From Rotaria socialis (lineage: Eukaryota), in contig CAJNYD010000322.1 in NCBI GenBank assembly GCA_905331295.1, positions 310,001 to 358,653 on the forward strand: 48,653 nucleotides of DNA. The letters are read 5' to 3'. Below, piece after piece: positions 1 through 11,600 of the stretch (within the stretch, counting starts at the first letter, position 1; the number at the start of each line of letters is the position of its first letter). The notes under the pieces are model-generated. The model was given only the letters and a program-made list of their open reading frames with translations, ran no database searches and was not told the origin of the DNA. Made by a program: the position numbers and the translations under genes.

Positions 1-19
1 ATTTTTTATCTTATTTTAG

Positions 20-134
20 TTGTCCAGAGTGTGACAAAACGTTTAATTGTCCTGCCAATTTAGCATCGCATCGTCGATGGCACAAACCGCAAACATCACT
101 ATCTTCCAAGGAACCAGCACCAGTGCCATCATCA

Positions 135-166
<32 letters not shown>

Positions 167-665
167 ACCAAATCAAAAACTAATAACAAATAAACATCCA
201 AGATATTCATCGCGTTCTGATTCGCGTTCAACAAACACTTCTTCATCTATAGTTTCAGATGCTATTCATGCATATCCATCTGTGCCAACATCAACATCAT
301 CATCAAATACAGACACGAGAAAAAAAGATTGTTTTGACGCGAATGAAACACAAAAGAAATCTTCTGATCATGTATTACGAGCTATGTATAATGAAAGTTC
401 TCACTGGATGGTACCTCCATCGTATCAACCATTTACAGCGTTACACATGAAACCACCATTGACTTTTCGACATAATCGATCTGTACCATTGTCAATTCCA
501 TCATCACCATTTGATTTTCGTCGATTACAATCATCGTGTATTTTTTGTCACGAACAATTTTCTGAACTTAATCAATTACTTCAACATATTCGAAAAAATC
601 ATGCAGTATCATCTAGTACAAATACTAAAAATACTACTGTAAAACTAGACAAAATAGTCTTTTAA
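20..665 (+). CDS. INSM1: Last exon of an INSM1/nerfin/egl-46-type C2H2 zinc-finger transcription factor (5' part outside window)
   Basis: The 3' splice acceptor ttttag ends at 19. The frame from 21 reads [23 protein letters not shown], the signature INSM/nerfin zinc finger. It is in frame with ORF 123..665, which has a poly-Ser tract and a second C2H2 finger [22 protein letters not shown]. Stop TAA at 663-665. Confidence 0.9.
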
Positions 666-3600
666 AATAAAGAAACAATCGAGTAGTGCATTAAAACAAA
701 ATAAAGATCATCTTTTTTCTTCAAAATACTTACAATTTAGTTTTCAGATCTATCCAAGTTTCATGGCAATGTAAAACTGTATAATCTACTGATATCCAAT
801 ATGTACAAATGATACATGATAAGTTATTTCGATTCAGTGCATCATGATGATAGACTTTAACTGAAAAAATCAGACAACATTGCATAAATACAAAAAAATA
901 GGTTGCTACTGAATTGAAAAGAAAAGCTTCCTAAATCAATGACTTACATTGACGATTGGACTGATGACAAAGACTACTTTTTCAAACGGAAGGATGATGA
1001 TAAGGGCAAAAGAATGTTCACATGTGCATTATGCACAAGGGAGAACTACCATATATCATCATCAATTTTAAACATCTATGAACTATTATTTGGGCAAATG
1101 CAAAAATCTGCAGTGATAATGGTGTACAATTATAGATTTTTGATTGAATATGAAAGAAAAGCAAACCTTATCATTTTTAATTTCAACAGATTATTATTAG
1201 CGAGAAAAAAATATCATTTTCTATAGGGAAAACGATTTAGAATAATGTACTACAACTGGTATACTCTCTCTGAGTTAAAAATAAACTGAAACGTTTAGCA
1301 CGAATGGAGGAGCTACTTAAGAGATATTTTAATATTACAAGTATAGCTACTATAATAAATTGAAAGCATATCGAAGTTCAATATTTTTCATTACATATCA
1401 TATTATAGAGAACAGTAAGTGTGACATTTTACCATAGATATACTATCGGTCAGTCTCTCTTTTCATGCTAATGAAAATTCATTATAATATTTTATTACTG
1501 AGCTAGTATCAACTATATAGTAGATTCAGCAATTGTATCTGTGAGCTTAAGTTAATGAGTCTAATTTCGTAGGACACTTCGAAATGTGTCGAGTGATGTT
1601 TTAAGAAGTTTGGCGTTTTCAAGCACGGCAGACAAAAATTTCTAGATAAGATTAATCCCGTTGAATATTCCATCCTATACAAAAACAAAAAGCTGAATTT
1701 AGCAGTGGTGCTGCTACACTAGATTCTTGTCTTTCAGATGAAAGTGCATAACAAGAAATCTCTGAATTGAAATGCCATTTTCTTGACAAGAACGAATTTA
1801 AATAGTAAAAGATTCATTTTTTTATACATTATAGTAGAATATTATATCTATATTATCTTTTCCAATATTTTTGAGAAATTTTTCTTTTATAGCTAATATC
1901 GTATTGATAATAATAGTGTGAGAAATGTAGCCCGTAATTTACTGTAAAATATGATAAAAGCTTTCTGAACTTTAGTCTCTTTTCAGCAAAATATTGCCTT
2001 GTTGCAAATTCTTTCCTGTATACTGCTCTGATTCCTTTCAATAGATCAATTGAAAAAATAAAACTAATTTTGATTTTTGAGATGAACCATTGTTCCTATC
2101 AAGATCATGATGAGAAAAGTTTATGTTAAATATCTCACGTCAGATCGTAAGGTAGCTTCTTTCCAAAAATGTGAACACATGAAAAATCAGACGAATTGAA
2201 TAGGCTCACAAAAACAAATTATGAAAAACATAAGTCTAAACTAGTTGAAATTTTTTGAATTCAGAAATTTCCTGTCCTATAGCTTCATTTGAAATACAAT
2301 AGTGTAGGATTAGAATGAACTTGAACAAGCTAAATTTCTTAAAAACATCACTCAATGAATTTTGATGTGTCCTTTCAAATCAGACTACTTTCAAACGAAT
2401 TATTTCATCACATTGATGCAAATAAATTATTTAATCTCAACAGTTACAATTGCTGTATTTGTGGTACAGATGCTACTAGACAAAGAATCCAGCAAAGAGC
2501 TCATCAGATCTAATGTTTAAACATTTTTTCTTGATTATCAATGTCATGATAGAAAGAGTATCTACCCTGTACTTATTTCATAATAGGGAAAATGTGCAGA
2601 GACTTTTTCTAACCATATTCCATGCAAATCAAACCAATAGTAGTTATATGAAGTAGTAGGAAATCATCATTGGACAATCGACATAAATGCATTCGAAAAG
2701 ACCTCCATGTAACTTAAGAAATTTAATACAAAACCGTGTGGTATTTTTAGGGAAACTTTGATGTTGAGCTCTACTAAACGGATCCCGAGGATTTACTGAT
2801 CAATGAATCACCACCTTCGTGCTTCACATAATAGTTTCTTCACAAAAGAATTTAACTTTAATAAATTTTTATTTGAACGGATATAGAACATTAATCGTTC
2901 TTAGTCGTAAGCCATTTTCTAGTCTTTTAAATTGTTATTCATTGTCAAACCGTTTCTTATTTAATCTTAATTTATAAATAGGCAAATTCATCTATCAGGA
3001 ATATTAAAAATCGACTTTTTTTTCATGTCCTTACTCAACTCTATTTTGCATGGTAAAGTAATTGCATAGTACATCTCTATTCAACATTCAATAGTCAAAA
3101 ACACAGCATGAGTAAAAATATGACAACTGTATACATTCTATGTTAATCATTATAATGTTTTTGTGCATTTATGCTCGTCAAAATCGTAAGGTTGATGTGT
3201 TTTTTCAAAGATGAAATAAATATAGATTTTAAATTTATACATATTATCACAATATTGATGTAAATTTGAAGCTCAATGATCAAAATATTAGACCAAAAAA
3301 TTTAGAAAGTCATTTCTAATTTAATTAGAAAACATTAATCGTTTTAAACTACAATCGACAAGCAAAAGATTGCTTAGGAAGAAATGTCATTACAATGAAA
3401 TGACTAGCTGCAAGTGAAATAGGAGTTTGATGTTTAAATAGTAAATATTATTTAATTTTTTTTCTAAATATTTTGAAAAGAAATTTTTGCGGACAGCAAG
3501 CAAGTAGAAACATAGGGTAGAATATTTTTGCAAGTAAAAAAACATAGAGCAGTAAATTAGTCATACTATTAAGTAATCTTTATACCAATAATGTAGCTAT

Positions 3601-4106
3601 ATAAATTTCATAGACATATGAATTTAAAAAGTTTATTTTCGCAAACAAAACTTGAACTTGTTTAGTAAATACAATAGAATCGACTCAGCTGATGGTTTTA
3701 AAGAAACGCCATGTTAAAAGCAAATAATACATATATGCGACTTTGATTGGTCTTATAAAGCATTATCCTCGTAGAAGTAATAATATTCTCTATGACGATT
3801 GTGCTGCCTATAAATATGCATTTATCCAGTCGTAGTTTTTCTTTGATCTAACAATTAGTTAATATGCAAGACAAAATGTCATAAAGCTTTTATTCTGTTT
3901 TTTCGTCTTTTCTTTATGTGCATTGACAGAGACTGAGTAAGAAAGAGAGCAATAGAAAAAAAATCAGGGTAGTCATTATTTACATCTGATTCAGCATTGA
4001 ATTGTCGTTGCTATCGTCGCCGCGTTTTCGAACAAAATAACTTTTAAAATAAAAAGGAACTGTTTCTTTATTAGTCAAACTTCTATTTATGTGATCGATA
4101 AATCTC

Positions 4107-5210
4107 ATGGGAGAAAGCTCGAATATAACTGAAACCATAAGCGAATTCTATTATGCTTGCCGTAATAATGACATTGCAACGGTACGTCGTTTATTAGATG
4201 AATATTCATTAGAAGATTTAGATAAAATGGAACCTAATGGAAGTACAGCTTTACATGCTGCTTGTTATTATAAGAATATTGATATTGTCAAATTATTACT
4301 TGATGCAGGTTTTACTCGACGTGTTATTAATAAATACAAATATATGCCATTTCAAGAAAGTGACAGTGAAGAAGTTCATCGGCTATTTGTACGTCCTAAA
4401 ACATCGAATCGATTTGGTGGAGATATTTCATACGAACAAGAGAAACGCTTGTGGTTTATTATTGATGGAAATGAACAAAATGTTATTTATAATCGTTTGC
4501 CAGATATATATAAAGGCAATCGTTTAGAATATGGTACGTTTCATGGTGATAAAATTCTTCAACAATTAGATAATTATAATATGTCTAAGGTTGGTGTTAT
4601 TCGACGTCTTTTTCATCGAGCAATCAATGAAAAGGATTGTACGCGTTTAGTTCAAGCTTATACTACTGATACAGATTTTTTTAATATTGTAAATGATTAT
4701 TTAGTAACAAAAATAGAACAAAATGAAAACAATAGTAATAATCCACGATATGTTTTATCAGAATTTATTGATACAATTTATTGTAATCATCAATTACATC
4801 AAAGATATTCGTTTACAGGAAAATGTTATCGTAGTATGAAAATAAAATCTGCCAATGATCTTAATCTTTATAAGATTGGTGCTAAACTAATAAATCGATC
4901 ATTTATATCGACAACAAAGGATCGAACATTTGCTGAAAAATATGTCAGCGATCGAAATGCAGAAAAAAAATACGCAGCTATTGTTTCATTCGAAATTCGT
5001 TACTTCAATACGGCATTAGATATTGAGAATATATCCGAATTTCCGCACGAAAAAGAAGTATTAATGATGAATGATAAAATATTTAAAGTAATAAATATTA
5101 CAATGAAAAATAACTTTGATGTGGAAATTGAGCTACGTGAATCAAAATCAGCAAAAGTCGATCCAAAAGCAAAGCAAAGTACATTTTTAGGGTTTCTTCA
5201 TTGGAACTAG
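4107..5210 (+). CDS. Ankyrin-repeat + NAD:arginine mono-ADP-ribosyltransferase (R-S-E clade) domain protein, single exon, 367 aa
   Basis: N-terminal ankyrin repeats (FYYACRNNDIATVRRLL; GSTALHAACYYKNIDIVKLLLDAG). C-terminal ART motifs: CYRSM (Arg), FISTTKDRTFA (S-T-T) and FPHEKEVL (E-x-E). AATAAA lies just downstream of the stop (~5236). Confidence 0.85.
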   Translation: MGESSNITETISEFYYACRNNDIATVRRLLDEYSLEDLDKMEPNGSTALHAACYYKNIDIVKLLLDAGFTRRVINKYKYMPFQESDSEEVHRLFVRPKTSNRFGGDISYEQEKRLWFIIDGNEQNVIYNRLPDIYKGNRLEYGTFHGDKILQQLDNYNMSKVGVIRRLFHRAINEKDCTRLVQAYTTDTDFFNIVNDYLVTKIEQNENNSNNPRYVLSEFIDTIYCNHQLHQRYSFTGKCYRSMKIKSANDLNLYKIGAKLINRSFISTTKDRTFAEKYVSDRNAEKKYAAIVSFEIRYFNTALDIENISEFPHEKEVLMMNDKIFKVINITMKNNFDVEIELRESKSAKVDPKAKQSTFLGFLHWN

Positions 5211-6410
5211 TTTTATTTTTGTATACATACCTGCAATAAACGCACATGGACAGGAAAGAAAACAATTTCTTGTAAAATGATGAAATTATTGGTATTTCAA
5301 ATATTTCAATAAATGTATGTTAAGTCATTGACTATTAGCTGTCTAATATTCGATTTGGCAATGGACGATTAGAAAAATGATAAATCTCTATTTTTTAATT
5401 GTACTTAAACAAAAATAATCAAATAATTAAATTTAACATCATAACAATTCAAGATCGAGTACGCTTATTCAACAGTCAAACGAATTCATAATGAAAATAA
5501 GATTTATTTCAACTAGCTTAAATTCAATTTAATGCACGAAACTTTCGCGGAGTTAACTCATTTTTTTATTCGTAATGTTTTTGAAATATTGTTATAAAAC
5601 GAAATCAATAATTTTAATGTCAGGATTAATGAATTTTCGAAAGGCTTCAGATGTAAAGAAATCATTTTCAGTCAGTGGATTCGAACAGTACAATTCAATG
5701 ATACATAAAATACTTGAATACATGTAGTTCTAGTTGGATTCAACCGCAACCAGACAGAGCTAGTCATAGGGCTCTTACTTCAACAACTTGATGAAATTTA
5801 TTCGAAATCGGGCTTTCTTTCATGGCCAAGACAAGCCTATAGTAATTGATGTGCACACCGTTTGTTATAAAAATAAAACAGTAAAACTATCTTGTATATG
5901 ATAGACATAGATAAAAATATGTTGTAAAAGTTTCTTGACATAATTAAAAATATGATTATTGGATTGCTAAATTCAAGCGATCAAGTCACCTTTTAGTGAT
6001 AAGCATCATATTACAGTCTATATCAACATATTCATATATTACTTCTCATTTTTATATTTGCACAGTAAATTAGAAGGTTTGCAATGCAAAAGGTTTTTTT
6101 TCTCTTATTTTGTATTCAAGAGAAAAGAGAAAATAAGATACATGTGCATAGCCATGATTGGTATAGAACAAAAAAAAATGTTATAGCACATACTATTTTA
6201 TATTTCACTTATATACCTATATTTCTATTGTATAGAATAGATAAAAAATGTCTATTGATATGCTAACTAGTAATGAAATATATTTTTTTAATTCTATTAA
6301 ATATTATTAACAAGCAAATAAAAAAATAACTGAATCATAAAAAAAAATTACAAAAAGAAATCGTTTCACACAGTAAGAATCATTTGAAAAAAAGACAAAT
6401 TTTAACACCA

Positions 6411-8521
6411 TCATACAACCGGATCAACTATGATAGCTTCATCACATAATATAAAATAACCACGGTAATGTATTTCTTTAGGTGTTACATCAAAATGATA
6501 ATGTCCAGACTGTCCATGATCACTAAAAAAATGTGAATGTTCTAAACGAAAACCAGCATTATTGATATCATCAGTTAATAAAACAGATAAACAATTTAAC
6601 GGTGCAGACATATCATAAAATTTTAACCATTGATCAACTTGTTGTTTTCCCAGTAAATCTTCATTGACAAAATCTGGCATAACATGTGCTTTGACTGCAC
6701 CTTTTTCAATACGGAAGATTCCTCCAAGAGCCATTGGTTCCTTAGAATATTGTTTTAAACTACGTCTTATAGTTGAAATGAAATTATTTTCTTCTTCATT
6801 ATCATCAAATAAACGTTCTTGAACATCGATTTCAACTAAAATTGTTGATTTAGTACGATCAATTGATGATATCATCACATGTTGAAATGGGCCACATGTT
6901 TTTATTTGATATAAACTTTGGCATGGCTGTTCTCCTTGCGTTACTATTGAACTGTATGAACGTTGTGTAATGACTTTATTGTATTGATCAAGAGTCATAT
7001 TGAATACAAGTTCGCCATTAGTATTAAGATATGTTCCATCAGCAGCACCTGGTCCAATGACAAGTGTTTCTTTATTATTAATATGTAATTGATCAAGCAC
7101 ACTTGACATATCAAAACGTATTGAATGACCATGTTGAAATTCAACATTTTTTGCTCCACCTATTCATACAATCGAAATTAAATCGATCAATTTTTGCAAA
7201 ATAATTGAACAATTTACCTAATTGACAAAACATTCCATTTGTTCCGAGACTTGATCCTGCTAAATTCCAAGGTTCAGCAGATAAATCCATCTTGTTTACT
7301 TCATTATTTTGTACTAATCTTACTTTAACATGTTTATAAACTTGTTTTAATTCTTTTTCAATGGCTTGAATCATTGATTCTCCTTGATCATTTGGTATAA
7401 ATAATGGATAACGAACAATACGATAATCTCGATCAGTATATGTTTGCTTATGTTTCGCCAAATCTAATAGACGTTGATCACGCCATAGTTTTTTATCAGT
7501 TAAGCCACTACCATTTTCACCTACTGGATATTTTGAACGAAAATATTTATCAACTTTTTCGATAGTTTCTTGTGTCCAATCAGATGGGAAATTCATATCA
7601 GCTAAAACACGTTGCATTGATGAACCATATCGATCAAAATCTATTTGTATAAAAAAAAGAGAAAATTCATCAATACATTTTTCTTTTTTGAATTTATCGA
7701 AAAAAAACAGTAAATACTCTACAGTCAATAATTCCTTTTGGTGCATTGAGATCAATTGTTTGAAATGGTCCCATAAATGACCATCGGCATGCTAATCCAT
7801 GTGTTATTGCTCGATCAACATCTTCAGGTTCAGCTATTCCATCTTGGACTAATTGCAAAGCTGATGAAAGAATAGCGTATTGAAGACGATTTACAACAAA
7901 ACCATCAACTTCTTTTTTAAGTCGAATAGGTTCCATACCAATCGAACGATATCTTTCCATAGCTAAATCAACAAAAGCTTCATCTGTCCATGGCGCACCA
8001 ATTATTTCAACAAGTGGAATTGTTGTTGGTGGATTTATCGGATGTCTAAATAAAATATCAATGAATAGCATGTTCACATATTGTCAATATTGAACTTACG
8101 CAACAATACAACGATTTCTTGTTGTCATCTGTTCAGTAAATTTCGATGGCATAATACACGATGATGAACTTGCAAATAAACTATTCAATGGAATGATTTT
8201 ATCGAGCTGTAAAAATAGATTTTTTTTCATTTCAACATCTTCAGGTATACATTCTTGAACATGATCAATACCTTGCCGAAATAATTCGTTTAATTTTTCT
8301 TCATCTTCAATTGTGTAAACATGTTTGAAAATATCATCTACTGTTTGATTAAATAATAAATTAAAGCGATCAAGTTGTTCAAGTTGTTGACGAATATCAG
8401 CTAGAGCTAAAGTGAGCATCGATGGAATGGCATCAAATAGATAAACATCATGTTTAGTTCGAGCAAATATTACACTCCAACAACGACCAATCAGTCCCGA
8501 GCCAATTATTACTACACGCAT
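6411..8521 (-). CDS. CRYL1: Fusion of L-gulonate 3-dehydrogenase (lambda-crystallin/CRYL1, 3-hydroxyacyl-CoA dehydrogenase family) and C11orf54/DUF1907 zinc enzyme; 4 exons, 638 aa
   Basis: Exons 8521-8100, 8045-7723, 7640-7218 and 7159-6411 are joined by GT-AG introns with compatible phases (1917 nt = 639 codons). The N-half has GSGLIG (Rossmann), QECIPE, AHPINPP, GFVVNRLQYA and WRDQRLLDLAKHK. The same exon continues without a stop into DUF1907 (DLSAEPWNL, LGGAK, IGPGA, KAHVMPDF, RLEHSHFFSDHGQSGHYH). Confidence 0.9.
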
Positions 8522-8616
8522 ATCTACAATAAAAAAACAAACGAACAATAAAGAATTCATACAGAAACTACTCTATCAATATTTATTCGTAAAAATACAC
8601 AAATACATTATTAATA
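8522..8616 (-). promoter_or_regulatory. 95-bp intergenic spacer containing the unc-79 polyA signal, a U/GU-rich tract and a 3' splice acceptor 2 nt before the CRYL1 ATG (putative trans-splice site)
   Basis: On the minus strand, AATAAA at 8587-8582 is followed by tttattgttcgtttgtttttttattgtAG (AG at 8525-8524) and then AT-ATG. Confidence 0.6.
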
Positions 8617-11600
8617 TTATAAACTATAAAATTGTGCAGCATGACTTGACTGTGTTTCGATTTGTCCAATTTTAAATTGTAAACGATTAAGCCATTTGAG
8701 TAAAATAGCTAAAACACACACACATATATATATATATATAAACTATTTGCCATTCTAAAAACAAATTAGAAGATTTTTTCAACATACCATACATAAATCG
8801 TAAATCTCCTTGTGTTTCCGATGATGGTTGATGATTTAAACATGTTTGAAGACGAACTTGAACATGAGCCGGTAATTGACTCTGATGTGTATATAAAACA
8901 GGTACCCACATAGCAAATAACTATTGAAATGTAAATAAATTAAAAAAACATTGGATTGACTGTATAAAAAATAAAAGATAACATACATTAGCTAATACTA
9001 TTGAATTTATTTCTTGTAATGCCTCAATTAAACTTAAGAAATGTAAATTAACCATCTCTGCAAGCTGAAAATGAATAACAAAAAGTAAATATTATTTATC
9101 AAAATAAACAACAAAAAAAAACAAATAACGATCAATATAATTAAAGCTTGATATAGACGCACATATTTAAATGTATGACATCAAAAATACCTCACGATGT
9201 TTGTTAGGACTTTCTTTATCCTGAAATTTATTATTGGTGTTTCATTTTTATTTCTTCTCATCGAATTCTTGTTTCTTTTTCTTTTTAATTTTAAATACGA
9301 AAAATAAAAAGAATGACTATGTACTTACCACTTTTGAATGTGACAGTAAATGAAGTATACCCGGTGTAATACGAGCCCAAAAATCCATAATAGCTACTAA
9401 TGCTTCAGGATCATGTCCTCGGTTAACTTGCTCACAATACATTGTCCATAACTGAAATATATAACAGAAAACAAAAATTAATTTTAAATCAAATAATAAA
9501 ATTAACTTAATATATCTTACTTGACAAAGTATAAATGAATGAAAAAGAGATGACATATGAATAACAGATGTTTTCGATTGATCAGCAAAACCAGTTAAAA
9601 TATATAAAATATAATCAGCTATTGATTGACTTGCATCAACAGGTATTGGATGACATATTATTGTTCCTTCATTTCGTGTTATAGCTGCATGTGTTAATGA
9701 ACCGATCATTAACCATGAAAGAAATCTTATACGATCAATGCAATCAACAAAATCTTTGGCTCTAAAAAGCAACAATAAAAATACAGATACTTTTTTTACA
9801 TACATAATAATAAAAATACAAACCCTTGTTGTACAGAAGTAGGAGGATTGTAAAGCCATGGAAGAAAACGAACAATTGCTTTTGAATCTCTTTGTCCACC
9901 TTTAGTAAATTCTAAAGCAAGATATTGTGCAAGACCAGCTTTTAATTGGCCGCCTAATGTATCTTCTGTTAAATTTGATAATTGTTGTTTTTCGCTTTTT
10001 TCTTTCATTGTACTCTATTGAAAGAAAACAAAAACCAGATAAATTTCTGTATTATTAAAGTATTTGTTTAGCTTACTTTAATTTTTGTTATTGTGTGAAT
10101 ATCAGCAATAAATGCAACTGTTTCATTAAGATAATGTTTCATACATTCAGCTCCATTTGTTGTTACCTAATTTGTAAAGAAAAATTTTAAAAATTCGTTC
10201 AGAAAAATTCTATTTCACAAAAGTAAGTAAGAAAGAAAGAAAAAAAGAAAAATATCACAGCACTAGTATCACAAACGCACAACATTATGAGGATCATATG
10301 CACGAACGTCATCGCTGACAATGGCCGATGCATGAATTGTACCACCCGAATCAAGTAAAATTAACTAAATTAATATTGAAAAACATTTATTTCGATAAAA
10401 GAAAAGAAAAACTATAAGAAAGCAATTTTTACTTGAATCATTAGAAGTAAATTTCTATCTGGACATGGATATCGATGAAGCATAGCTTCAACAAGAACAT
10501 TTACAATACATCGTGGTAGTAGAAATTTTTCTCTATCCTGTCATAGGAAAAGAAATTAAAGATTATTATAAAAAAAAGTTTTCTATTGTCTTGTATGAAA
10601 TGTTTACTCGTGTAAATGTTCGATTACTTAACGAACATAATTCAATAATATGTTCCAATTGAAATGTTCCATTTCGTAAGATAAATGTTAATAGTTTTGA
10701 AAATGGATCAAGAACAAGTCGCACATTTGCTATATATGGTACTTTGAGTATATTCATCATAATTCGAAGTATGGGTGTTAAATCATAAGTAACCTGTGTA
10801 CTTGATTTAATCGTCGTATAAACTCGTGTTAATTTATCAAATAAAAAATCAAATTCAAGAAATACACTTGTCCATAATTGGATCGGAGAATCGATTGGAA
10901 TATATTCCATGAATTGTGCAATATTGCTGAGTAATGTTGTACAAATGTCAAGAGACAGGCTTTTTTGTTTATTCATGTCCTATTCATTGGTAAAGATACA
11001 GAAAAAATAATAATTATATATATATATATATGAATTTCATCTTGAAACAATATTTCGATATTCAAAAGTTGCAGATGTCAAGAAAATGTTTCTAAATTTC
11101 TTTGCCCGTAAGTTCTACATATGTGATAGGAGAAATATGCAGCAATGCTAATGATTGTCATCGTAGACAGATACACGATTCATTCTTAAAAAATAGTACG
11201 TAGACCAGTCTTGTAGAGCACTGCATTGGTATAGAGGTTTGTGTAAACTAAAATCTAAGGGCTTAGTTTCTCTCTGATAGAACATAAAATTCAGCTACTT
11301 TCTTAAAATAATCTTCGCCGTCGATATAATCGAAATTAGTATAAGATTTTCAGTTTTTTTCCTATGATTTCATTGTTTTAAATATTGATCTACGTCTATA
11401 TTTATGATCTGTTGGCTGGTTGACCATCACGGTAACATTTCTAAATACGAGATTTATAAAAGAGAAAAAAAACCTACATTGAGAAGCCATTTAAGTGCAA
11501 TAATTGAATTGAACTCGGGAAAATCATTCAGTGATAAAGCAATTGTATGTAATAGTCTTTCATCTGAAAACAAAACACACCATAGTCTCAATTGAACTTA

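Noticed and set aside
43..450. Alternative-frame ORFs 43-246 (-) and 259-450 (+)
   Set aside because: Shadows of the Ser-rich INSM exon.
939..1226. 95-aa ORF with a CxxC downstream of the INSM gene
   Set aside because: No recognisable domain or splice context; probably a chance ORF in 3' flanking DNA.
8687..8787. ORF-track C-terminus of unc-79 (MLKKSSNLF...QMA)
   Set aside because: This is read-through into an intron; the conserved end is the spliced exon 8708-8617.
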